DNA from: Novakomyces olei
Taxonomy: Eukaryota
Reading direction: 5' to 3'
Length of the DNA: 64,000 bases
Assembly (NCBI GenBank): GCA_016906335.1
Contig: JADEYG010000015.1
Span: 558,001 to 622,000 of the forward strand
The number at the start of each line of letters is the position of its first letter. The stretch's first letter is position 1. Made by a program: the position numbers and the translations under genes. The notes beneath the pieces were generated by a model. The model was not told the DNA's origin. It did no database searches and worked only from the letters and a program-made list of their open reading frames with translations. Of the stretch, positions 53,317 through 64,000 are shown one piece after another.

Positions 53317-55290
53317 TTACATCACATAACGTCGACGCGGAGTTGCACCGACCTCGATAGAATCTCGTCGGCCGTGTAGTCGTCGATGGCAATAGCAGCA
53401 ACGGCAATCACAATCCACGTCACTTTCCTCGTCCAGCTCTTCCCTGTCGTAATCGTACTCATCCTCCTCATCAGCGATAGCATCATCATCGTCATCATCA
53501 TATATACAATCATGATCATCGTGGTCTATATGATCTGAGGGATGACACTCGCCACAATCAGGGCAGGGTTCAACATCGTCCTCCTCCAAAGCTTTATGCC
53601 CATGACCGTAATGACCGTAATTACGTCCAGTATGATCGTAGCCCGACGAAACCGATTTTTTGCCATTCATATTCCCTACATTACTACCATTGCTATTACT
53701 CCCATTTCGACCAGAATGTTTTCGTGCTTTGGCTTTGGCTTTATCCAGTAATCGCCGTCGCTCTCTAGCGGCCTTGAATTCACGTTTTTCCTTGAGATCT
53801 ACACGGCGCATCAGCATCTCTGGAACTGAGCCAAAAAGCGCCTCGTACTCGCAAATTTGACAAATCCAGCCGTCCTGTTGTATTGCACCTACACCCGCGC
53901 TCTTTAAATATTGACGACGACGCACTTCCTGCCGCGCCTTGGCGTCCAGCCTGGGTTTCGTTCGTACAGGAGGCTCTGGAGCCTCATGAGCCGAAGAAGA
54001 TTCATTGTGAGCTGCTGCCGCTCGGGGATGATGTGGTAGTGAGGGTTGGGGTGGGGGTGGTGGAGCCCGATAAGCAGAACCAGCCCTTTCGTCGTTCAAA
54101 TAGTCATCGTCTGCAGCTTGCTTATAAGGCTTTGCAGAAAGTAGTGGTGGGGGAGGTGGGGGTCCTGGCCTATGGGGCCGGGAAGATGCTGGCAATGGTG
54201 GGGGAACTAACTGATTTCGGGCCACACTCTGCTCCTGCTCATGTATCATTCTGGCCCCCGCGGCCCCCACAAGAGAGTCTGGTGGGAGTGGGGCCGCACC
54301 TTTAATCTGAGCCTTTTCTACCCCGTTCTCGGCAGAAAGAGGTTTGTAGGGCATAATTTTGAGCGGCCCATTTTTACGATACTTTATAAGGCAACCGATC
54401 CCGAAAACACAGGAAAATTCAAACTTTCCAGACGGCGGCTCCACAGAATCAATTTGCTCTGATTTGTCGCCATCGCCATCGCCATCGCCATCGCCATCGC
54501 CATCGTCATCCTCATCGTCATATTGCCCCCTTAACCGATTGGCCAGTTCAAGAGACGAATCCAGGTTTAAACTGGCCATCCTTCGTGCTCTACGGGCATC
54601 TTTGCTTTGGCTAACTGCTCTCCACATCGGATAGGAAACTCGACGCAGCCGTCTTTGAGCATTCGGAGACAGCTTAATACCTCCCATTATTCCATTATTG
54701 CTCGCAGCAGTTGTAGTGCTACCGCTGCTGCTGCTGCTGCTCCGAGGCGAATCGCTCAGGAATCCATGGTTAACGGTAGTAGGCACTTTTCGTTTCTTTG
54801 TATTGACTGAGCTCTCTGCCCAGTCGTACCGATAGTTGTATAAAGCATCTTCCTCCTCCTCCTCCTCTCCCTCTTCATCGTCCAGAGTAATACATGTTTC
54901 TTCCATCGTAATTGCACCCTTATCGCGAGCGCCAGACTGTGATCGTGGAACCGGTGTACGTGCAAACGGGCTATTCAGCAAGAACCGAGTCGGAGCCGGG
55001 GCAACTGAGGAAACTGAGCCGGAGGATCGGGACGCTACATCTACAGGAGCAGTATTAGCACTTTTAGCGTCTGATCCAGTGCTCCTGGTATTCGCGGTGG
55101 ATCCACTAGTAACAGTACTGCCAACAGTACTGCCATCAGTACTGCCCGCCACGGGCTCCTCTACTGCTGCCACAGACTTGTCATTCTGCGATCGAAGCCG
55201 AGACTTTGGGAGCGGAAGAATGTGCCGGGACGCAATTGTGTCCACTCCATTGAGCCCTCCACTGCTCGGCCGCGAGACAGCCGCTGTCAT
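53317..55290 (-). CDS. Uncharacterised fungal protein with NTKKRKVP and WICQICEYEALFG motifs and a Cys/His/Asp-rich tail
   Basis: 657-aa intronless ORF; the WICxxCEY...LLDKAKAKARK block resembles a conserved uncharacterised fungal family (recalled). Confidence 0.75.
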   Translation of the reverse strand: MTAAVSRPSSGGLNGVDTIASRHILPLPKSRLRSQNDKSVAAVEEPVAGSTDGSTVGSTVTSGSTANTRSTGSDAKSANTAPVDVASRSSGSVSSVAPAPTRFLLNSPFARTPVPRSQSGARDKGAITMEETCITLDDEEGEEEEEEDALYNYRYDWAESSVNTKKRKVPTTVNHGFLSDSPRSSSSSSGSTTTAASNNGIMGGIKLSPNAQRRLRRVSYPMWRAVSQSKDARRARRMASLNLDSSLELANRLRGQYDDEDDDGDGDGDGDGDGDKSEQIDSVEPPSGKFEFSCVFGIGCLIKYRKNGPLKIMPYKPLSAENGVEKAQIKGAAPLPPDSLVGAAGARMIHEQEQSVARNQLVPPPLPASSRPHRPGPPPPPPLLSAKPYKQAADDDYLNDERAGSAYRAPPPPPQPSLPHHPRAAAAHNESSSAHEAPEPPVRTKPRLDAKARQEVRRRQYLKSAGVGAIQQDGWICQICEYEALFGSVPEMLMRRVDLKEKREFKAARERRRLLDKAKAKARKHSGRNGSNSNGSNVGNMNGKKSVSSGYDHTGRNYGHYGHGHKALEEDDVEPCPDCGECHPSDHIDHDDHDCIYDDDDDDAIADEEDEYDYDREELDEESDVDCDCRCCYCHRRLHGRRDSIEVGATPRRRYVM

Positions 55291-56275
55291 TTGGCCCTAG
55301 TTCTGTGGTTAGTACGGAAAACATCTCAAACTTGGTCTCGGTCCGTGCCATACCAATTCACCAGACGTTGTAGAAAAGACGGTACGAGCACAGTTACGAG
55401 GGTCGGGCGGCAAACGTGAGGGGTGAAGGTAAACGCTTGTAAGCCGCCTTCTGACCGGGAAGCGATCCGTCGTGAAAACGGTCAGGCAAACGTGATTTTT
55501 GTGTAGGCAGGAAATAAATGTTTGCAGTACTGTGGAACACACATTTAACTGGTCTTTTGTACTTGTACGTACGTATAGCAGTACCAACTTTTTTTAGACC
55601 AACTTTTCGACTGCGTAGCTGTAACGCTCAGTATTGCTTGTACGCGTATAGGCAAATTAATAATGTATCAAGCATGCGTGTAACCACACTCAAACATTAC
55701 TTTTTTAAATTATACTGATACAATTGACATTATGTATTACGCGACCGTGTCTGCTATGCTTCTCTCTGTACCTACGTACGGTGCATTATCTCGCCAATAT
55801 AGCATTTGCCCAATAACATTTGCTCAATAACATTTGCTAATACTCTAATACTACATAATTCTGTAAAGGTGTAAGGTGCGCGTCTGAATAATTCATACCA
55901 AAGTTATAACGACTGCCCATGTACCATACATACTTATGCACTGAACCCTATATGGGGCCAATCAGTATGTTTGTGGTTTCATTACTAAAGATACCTTTGG
56001 CACGTTCGTTCATTATTCCGTACTGTAAAAGTAACATCAGCTTGTTTAATTTTCACGCCACACTGTAGATGTTTGAGATATTCCAATTATTTTTCTGAAA
56101 TTTGTCTACGATTTTGTCTGTAATATCGTTTACGGTACTACAGCACTATACAGCATTATCTGCAATATCTGCAATACTTGTCTATATTTGTCTATATTTG
56201 TCTATATTCTGAATATTAACAATATTTACTGTACGCTAATCGACCCGTATATGAACGAGTATAAACGCGAGAGCA

Positions 56276-57838
56276 ATGAGCGCAAGCAGCGGCGCGGGCG
56301 ATCAAGATGGTCGAGATGAAGAACCAATCCTGGACGGCGCCTCAAACTATGGCACAGCCGGACCCAAGCCGGCACGTGGAGATTTGGCGGATATTACACG
56401 GTGTGTTTGTGGGTTTCAAGATGTTCAGGGCGAAGAGGATATAGACGATAGCGGGTTATACGTGCAATGCGACTCTTGCGCAGTTTGGCAACACGGCCAC
56501 TGTGTAGGGTTTCGAAACGAGAACGATGTACCGGAACAGTACTTTTGCGAACTCTGCAGACCCGATCTTCACAGTCTCCGAGGGCGAGGGTAAGTTTGTT
56601 TTACACTATTCGCTTTGCCTATAGTCTCGTTCCCGGTTCGGGTTTGACTGCGTCTAGATGATTTTTTGACTTTGCATTTCTTTGCTTGGCTTTTATCTGT
56701 TTATATGGCTCGTTTCTTCGACGCTAGATCTTTTCGTGATCGGGTGCCTTTAGAATTGCAAACTTTTAAACTATGCAAACTCATTACCCAACTTTTCTTT
56801 GGCTATTCGTCTTTGATACAATCAAATGTTTCAATTAACTCTACCACAACTTACACTCAGGGGTTCACGGCAGTCACGGTATAATAAAGCGGCTGCCGCG
56901 CTGAGCGCTCCGCGCCGCGGTGGACGTGGCGGAATAAATAGTAATAGCAATAACAGCAATAATAATCAAACTGCACAGAGCGGCAGTGTGAAAAAACGAT
57001 CGACTATGAATTCTCGAAACAGTGACTTGGACTATTCTGATCTGGGAATACTGGACGAAAACAGTTTAAGATCAAACTCACAGTCCCACCCGAAACGGGG
57101 ACGCAAACGGACGACTGAGTCTGCAGAACCATCAGAGTAAGTTTGTATTTTCTCTTGACATTACAGACTGACGTATTCTTTTTTTTCTTCTATAGAACAA
57201 CTAAACGGCGGCGGACTTCAGACGAAGAAGAAATCAAAGAAGCAGAAACACCAACGGCTTTGGAACATCAAGAGCCCGTGAAAGAAGAGGAGCCAGACGA
57301 AGAACACTCAGCTGGAGATGAGCAAGAGAATGGAGTCACTGGACAGGATGAAGAAGAGCCGAGTAATACACAAAAGTCAGAGCCTAAAACTACGCGAGGC
57401 GGAATAAGGCGAAGAGCTCCAGGAGGTGCAGGTAGCCGAAGGTCTCGAGCGATGAATGAAGGCAGTAGACGAGGCAATAGATCTCGAGGAGGACCGAATG
57501 GTGGAGGATCAGCGGCCAATAGTACAGTGGGAGATAATGATAGTAAGGACGGCGGTGAATTTGTTATTAAACCTTCTCGGCCCAAACTTCCCCAGTCTCG
57601 TACGACTATGGCGGAAATGCGGAGACGTACAGCCGCCATATTGGAGTATATTGGTCGGGTACAACTTGATCTGGCGGTTGAACGAGAGGACAGAAAGCTC
57701 TTCTATAGCGCTGTCTCTGATATTACGGACGAGGATCGGGAGGCGCTGGTACAAGAAAGACCAGAGTCATTAAAAATGATGGAGCAGCTGACGCAGCAGC
57801 TTCTTGCTTGGGAGGAAAAGTTTGGTGCGCACAAGTAG
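56276..57838 (+). CDS. CTI6: PHD-finger histone deacetylase complex subunit Cti6-like; introns 56590-56860 and 57137-57195
   Basis: PHD TRCVCG..YVQCDSCAVWQHGHCVG..YFCELCRPDLH; RSTMNSR; C-terminal TTMAEMRRRTAAILEYIGRVQ..LLAWEEKFG. Confidence 0.85.
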
Positions 57839-57989
57839 GCTGATGTGCAATTCTTAGATTGATGTATAATAAATGTATAAAGTATTATGCCGATCTTTGC
57901 GAATAGATATGAGATAGTTACGAAGAGATTATGAGATTGTAGTGATAATAAAAATACTAATTATTGCCGAGTTCATCACGACAAAATAT

Positions 57990-57998
57990 TAACCCTAA
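57990..57998. promoter_or_regulatory. Telomere-like box TAACCCTAA upstream of VMA11
   Basis: Same motif as in the VMA1, PRP9 and MRPS5/TRM2 promoters. Confidence 0.45.
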
Positions 57999-58092
57999 TT
58001 CAGTCAGTACTCGATGTACGCGCAAATCTTAGCAGGGCAGTACAAGTGAAATTTCGAAATTTCTTTTTTATAGTATACACAAATTATAATTT

Positions 58093-58545
58093 ATACAATA
58101 CAATACAATACAATACAATACAATACAATACAATACAATACAATACAATACAATACAATACAATACAATACAATACAATACAATACAATACAATACAATA
58201 CAATACAATACAATACAATACAATACAATACAATACAATACAATACAATACAATACAATACAATACAATACAATACAATACAATACAATACAATACAATA
58301 CAATACAATACAATACAATACAATACAATACAATACAATACAATACAATACAATACAATACAATACAATACAATACAATACAATACAATACAATACAATA
58401 CAATACAATACAATACAATACAATACAATACAATACAATACAATACAATACAATACAATACAATACAATACAATACAATACAATACAATACAATACAATA
58501 CAATACAATACAATACAATACAATACAATACAATACAATACAATA
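58093..58545. repeat. (TACAA)n pentanucleotide microsatellite, about 90 units
   Basis: Perfect run seen directly. Confidence 0.98.
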
Positions 58546-58603
58546 AAATAAAATAAAATTAATAAAATACAGTACCTCCCAAGTATATCCACAACCGAGC
58601 GCA

Positions 58604-59409
58604 ATGCCGGACACAGAGCTGTGCCCAGCTTACTCGCCATTTTTTGGCTTGGCCGGCGTAGCTTGTGCTGTAAGAAATTGTCATGCACTGTGCAATACTA
58701 ACCTGTCCTTAGATGATTTTTTCTTGTACGTTTCGCAGTAGTTACCAGACTAAATTTAAGCTATTGGATCAGCGTACGGATGTGCAAAGAGCGGGATTGG
58801 TATCGCCGGGATCGGCCAATATAAACCAGAATTGGTGATGAAGGTCTGTTGATGTGCTCTCAGTTATTTGGAACATTTTTCTGATTAGTAAAGAGCCTTA
58901 TTCCCGTCGTTATGAGCGGTATTATCGGTGTCTACGGACTCGTGGTGGGCGTCCTTATCGCCGGTGATCTTTCACCGCACGCAAACTACTCTTTGTTCAA
59001 GTAAGGATGCTTTAGAAAAGTACTGGTGTTGAATTCGACTGACGCCTGTTTTTTGCGTAGCGGCTTTCTTCATCTCGGTGCTGGATTATCCGTCGGAATG
59101 ACGGGTCTCGCTGGCGGGTACGCGATTGGCGTTGTGGGCGACGCTGGAGTCAGGGCGTATATGCAACAGAACCGCATTTTTGTATCAATGGTTCTGACAT
59201 TAATTTTTGCTGAAGTTCTTGCCTTGTAGTACGTCTTCTCTTTAAAAAATAATATATAAATATATATATTTAGATTGGAATACTTTTTGTTTTTTTTTTT
59301 TTGTTTTTTTGCTTTTTGTTTTTTGGTTTTCTTTTTATTGGCCTTTCTAACGTTTAGCGGCTTAATTACAAGCCTTATCATAAATACGAAAACCAGCACT
59401 ACATGCTAG
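58604..59409 (+). CDS. VMA11: V-ATPase proteolipid subunit c' (Vma11-like), 6 exons
   Basis: Spliced [91 protein letters not shown] favours c' over c. Confidence 0.85.
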
Positions 59410-59755
59410 GTGCTGGTTAATGCAGACTGACGTTTGAAGATATTGTAAATCGATTTACAATATGGAAAGATTATTTGCCAAAAATCTATTCTTTTAGTGC
59501 TGTAAATGAAGAATCAACCATATAAAGAACAACCGTATGGCGCAAAATTTGAACCAGTTACTTTTACAATGGTTGAACTTTTACACAAAGGTTGTAACTT
59601 TTACAAAAGTTGCAACTTTTAGCATTCACTATTGAAAACTCTCCTTCAAAAATCACTTTTTAACAATAACTTTAAACAATGTTTGACTATATTGTTTTAA
59701 ACCATCTGTTCAAACATCCAGTGTCCAGCATTCTCTCTTCCCTTCGTCCTTGTCA

Positions 59756-62066
59756 TCATATATACTTTGTAAAATCCAGAAAATCCTCCAACTGCTGAAC
59801 CTGCTGGTCCAAGCGATCCTCACCGCCGTCTCCCTCGTCACTACCGGCCGCTGCCGCGGTCTGTCCATCCGCAAGGGATCCTGAAGCGTCTTGCCGAGGC
59901 CGATCCAGCTTAAAGGCACTCCTATGAGGAGCCCCTACACGACTACACAGCTGCTCAATCTGCCTTAACCTTTCTGTCCAATTGCCATGGTACTCTGCCC
60001 CACCTCGGTTATGAATCTGTGCCAGAACACTGGCATTCAAGGCCAGCAGCCTTACAAAGAGAGCCAGGCTTTTCAATGGGACTACTCGTGGAGTGAACAC
60101 GGGACTAAACTCTGGCAGAGAGTCTCTCCGCTGCAATTGCACTTTGTAAAACAAGTGGTCGCCACTTCCATTGGCGACAACAGGGCCCTCGTAGCAAGGC
60201 GACACTACAATATTTATAAAATTAAACTGCCCTGCAATTGTATCAAACCTGTACTCCCCGCCAGACTCATTGAAAACGATAACCACAAAATCGTTACCCA
60301 AATGCCTCTTTTTCATTGTACACAACGGGTCAGTTTCCGGCCGGGTAGGCATCATTGTGGCCACGTGGTAAATGATTTGAGTGACGCTGTTCCGCCAGTA
60401 ATAAGCGTACTCGCCATCCAAATCTTGCTCCGTGTCCAGCCCACCCGTAAACACACTGCGGTTCCCACGCAACGCTGTTATCGGGCCCAGTCCCCGTAAC
60501 ATTTCATTATAGGCACGGGACCCCGTGCGGTTAGCCAGTATTTCCGTTTCCCCATACTGACCAGGCCGTACGTAAGCGATGCCGATCTTGTGCAAGTCGA
60601 CGACGGGGATCCGATCCAGCACGGCCAGAGCACGCTGCAGAGCAGCATTGTCCTTGAGCAAGTGAGGGCGTATAGAGGCATTGACATCTGGCAGGAAAAA
60701 GGATTGAAGTGCCAAGTAGCCAGCGGTAAAGGAGGAAGGCACATGGCCATTATTGGCCTCTGGATCGACTGCAAACTCAGAGGCTACTGATAAACTGCCA
60801 TCCAGGAGGGAACTGTTCAGCAGGCAAGTAAAATTCAACGTACCCGTCGGCCTCCGCACAAAGACTTGAGAAGATCCGGTTGATTGCATTGTGCTAATTG
60901 TCATTACGGAATTGCCCCTAAGCCAATGCTCTGTAGAAATTGACATTGGCTGCTGCGCTACTTGTCCAGCAGCTGCATTGCTTGCAGTAACACTGTCTTT
61001 TATGGTACTGGGACCTGTGCCTATCTCGTTCATAAGGTTGCTATACGTGAACCGTACCATCATATCGAAAAACGTTTCACACTGCTCTCGAGCATTGGGA
61101 CCCGCTTGATTAGCGAGAACAAGACCACGAATAATCCAGGGCACAAACTTTCTTCGCTCTGAAAGCCGGGTAACGAGAAACCAGGTTGCCAGTACGTTAA
61201 ATGCCAGAGTTAGTAGGTACTTTGTAATAACACTGTCCTCTTTGCGTGAGCTCTGCTTTTCTTTCTCCATCATCATTGCTGCCTCCTCATCTTCCCCCGC
61301 CGACTCTTCCTTACGTTTCCTCAAGTCTTTGTCTTCTTTTTCTCTTTCATCTCGATCCGTAGTGGCCACCCCTACTGCAGCTGCCTCTCTGGACTCTACA
61401 TTGTAATGGTGAATGTACTTTAACGCAATCCCAAAAATTTGCTTGTACTCAGCCTCTGTAAAGTTTGAACATACCGAGGGGAATCGGGCCAGTGCCTCTA
61501 GGAACTCAAGGATGTGCAAACTCAAGTTCTGCGAGGTAATAAGCTGCGATAATCGGATTAGTGAAGCCGGTAAGATTTTAGCTACTGACAGAGGCATATC
61601 CAAACAGGCCAGGTAGAAGCCATGAATACACAATCGGGCAGTTGTATGCCATTTCTGCATACATTTTAATATGGCCGCCAGCATTTCATCCTGCTGATGC
61701 TTGCCTATACTCTCACTGTACGCTATCAGCGTCACTAAAATATCAGCATAAGCCGTCATTACATCTGCTTTTCGCAGATTGTTTGGCAAATTAGTGGCCA
61801 GCTGCTTTCCGTCCGCCAATACTTCAATGACTGCCAACCTCAACTCTTGTACATGACCTAAACATTTGGTAAAAAGCGGTTTGCAACACAACATGTCCGA
61901 CAGACGGGCCAGTACAATTTTGGATACTTGCCAGTCTGTTTCAGTGGACTTTTGTACAACAGAGACACATGTCTTGATAAAAGGTACAAACGAATCAACA
62001 CGGATCGGGTGCAGTGAACTTTGCACAAGTGTATCTTCGTCAGCAGAGAAGCTTTTACTGCTGTCA

Positions 62067-62107
<41 letters not shown>

Positions 62108-64000
62108 TATTTTGCTGTAAATATTCATATTGATGTTGTTGTCAGGGTTAGCGTTATTGTTGGTATTCGCATTTCTTGCATTTCTCTTTTCATTTGCAAA
62201 TAACCGGTTCAGTGGGCCATTTAAAACGTGATCAAGTACGCCTTCCGCGTCCTTGTTACTCTGAAACGATATTGTTGAAGCAGTATCACTGTTGATTGTG
62301 GCAGTCGCTGCACTATGATGGTGCTGCTGATGGTGATGTGGGTGGTGAAAGTGAAGGGTATCGGCTCCCTTTTCTTCCGACCAGCAAAACCTCCAAGTGG
62401 GTGATTTCTTTAACACCAACTGCTGCCTGCCATCACATCGAAACTGCATGCAAAAAGCCAGTAAAATTTGCTTCACCACCAAGGGGCTTGATGCAGTATT
62501 AATCACACGCACAATACGATTTAGTGTCATTGTAAAAGCAGCCACATCAGAGGCCATAAAGGCCTCCATTAGAATTTTTAGTAGGGTATAAGTGACCAGC
62601 GAGAGGCCAGAAAATTCCGCTGTATCACAGTGCAACCGGCCGCACAATTCTACGACGATCCGTTCCTTGTCTGCTAATCCTTCACTGTCGACAAAATGTC
62701 TCTGTGACCATTGTAACATTCCCTGAATCACATTGAAATCCTCTTCCTTGGCTAGAGCAGAGAACATTGTGTTTTCCAAGTCAGTGCAGGGTATATTCAG
62801 CATTGGCAAAATTTCTGTAAAAGTTGAGAGCAAATCAAAGGCTCGCAAGCGAACAGCGGGGCTCGCGGTCCTAGTGTTTTGGAAGCATTTTGAAGCGAAA
62901 GCTACGCATTTGTCCAGCTCTTGCTTGGGCATGGCCATGAAATCCTGAGACTCGTAGTACTCGAGCACAAAGATAAGTATATCATCAGTACAAAACTGGC
63001 TAATTGAGCGGAACAGTGAAGCCAGAGCTGCTTCGTCTTGAACAGAAGAATTGTTGGATCCTTCTGTATGAGAAGCTGATTGGTAAAGTTGTTGAACGCA
63101 CGATCTTATCGACTGAGCCAATTCCTCTCCGCTTTTACGATCAGCCTCCACCGTTTCATCAAAACTGGAAGCAATTTCTTGCAAAAGCGAAAGTGACACA
63201 AGGAACTCAGTTAGCAAAAGACTGGCGGATTTATACAAACTTTCCAATATAAAGCAAATATCCTTATTTACAGCGGCATTTCGTAGCCGTAGAGCGTTTC
63301 GAATAGTAGTTAGGCAAAAAACTTTAGTCAGACCCATTGGAGTCGCCCACGAAGTGTCGAGTAAAAGATTCCCAAGTACAGAAATGGCCCCACGCGTATC
63401 CAGGATTCGTGCGCCCTTAATCTCCAAAATATTCCTTATCGACAGTAGTGTCAGAGTGGCCACGTGGCTATTTAAAAAGTTTTTCATTAGCAGCAAGGCC
63501 TCCTCTTTGAACTGTGACGTGCCAATCATGGCACTACACAAAACCTCCACAATGGGTCCACAAGCATCGGAGGGAATAACTCCGAACCGCAAAACTGCAT
63601 CAAAAATAGCTATACACCCCAGAATATCCTGTGCCGACGTAGTTTTACGCGCTACTCCTGCCAGATCCAAAAGAATCAATGAAACGTGTGGTTGAGCCAG
63701 CAGGTGAAATTGAAACTTGAAGATACTTGCTAATAGAGTATACATCCTCTGTAATTCGGATTCTGACCGTAGTGCAAAAGCAGCCGCCATCCAATCCCTT
63801 AGTACTTGAAGAATATTATCTTCAAAGGGCATTATATCCCGGCCTCCGTTACACAAAGCCTCCAAGGCAGAGATTCGGGAGCTTATGCACTCTTGTGCGT
63901 TCGGCCGGCGAACAAGGTCCTGAAAGAACATGTACCTGTCAATTGGAGCATACTCACGCTGCTCCGTGGCTAGTGCGGCTGCCATAAAATCGTAGCATTG
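59756..64000 (-). CDS. TSC2: Tuberin (Rheb-GAP), probably 5'-partial (frame open to window end)
   Basis: N-terminal helical region, WFLVTRLSERRKFV, VRRPTG, Rap-GAP domain DRIPVVDLHKIG..GGLD..IYHVATMMP..KKRHLGNDFV..GQFNFINIVV..WTERLRQI. Confidence 0.93.

Noticed and set aside
58046-58688. NTIQY and YCIVL repeat ORFs; also FILFY ORFs at 51487-51972 and the YLFI tail of ORF 35661-37067
   Set aside because: Artefacts of pentanucleotide and tetranucleotide repeats in intergenic or intronic DNA.
62069-62345. Poly-Asn and His/Gln tracts in TSC2
   Set aside because: In-frame low-complexity linker expansions consistent with the general microsatellite tendency; not a separate element.

Overview
Gene-dense fungal (ascomycete) nuclear DNA with about 28 protein-coding genes and about 56 short spliceosomal introns, which I reconstructed by eye from GT donors, CTRAY branch points, AG acceptors and restored protein homology. 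Intron density, 35-45 nt introns, TSC2 and TTAGGG-type promoter boxes point to an intron-rich yeast-like lineage (Taphrinomycotina-like or early-diverging Saccharomycotina; inference). Genes in order: UGO1-like, amino-acid permease, VMA1, WW protein, RRM protein, polyol dehydrogenase, aldo-keto reductase, PRP9, GtaA-like glutaminase, FSY1-like symporter, SDR, cyclophilin, MRPS5, TRM2, DBP7, TFC6-like, PDCD2/TSR4-like, COG5, Ser-rich protein, GCN3, orphan ORF, DUF3445 protein, mitochondrial carrier, uncharacterised protein, CTI6, VMA11, TSC2 (5'-partial). Most notable: (1) a full-length 451-aa VMA1 intein whose LAGLIDADG endonuclease has lost both catalytic aspartates; (2) about 16 of 56 introns ending in AAG/GAG rather than YAG; (3) a polyol dehydrogenase, AKR and FSY1 neighbourhood; (4) recurrent telomere-like promoter boxes and long, strand-biased microsatellites in promoters and introns. 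No tRNA, rRNA, CRISPR or transposon was recognised. No database searches were run; family calls rest on recalled motifs.
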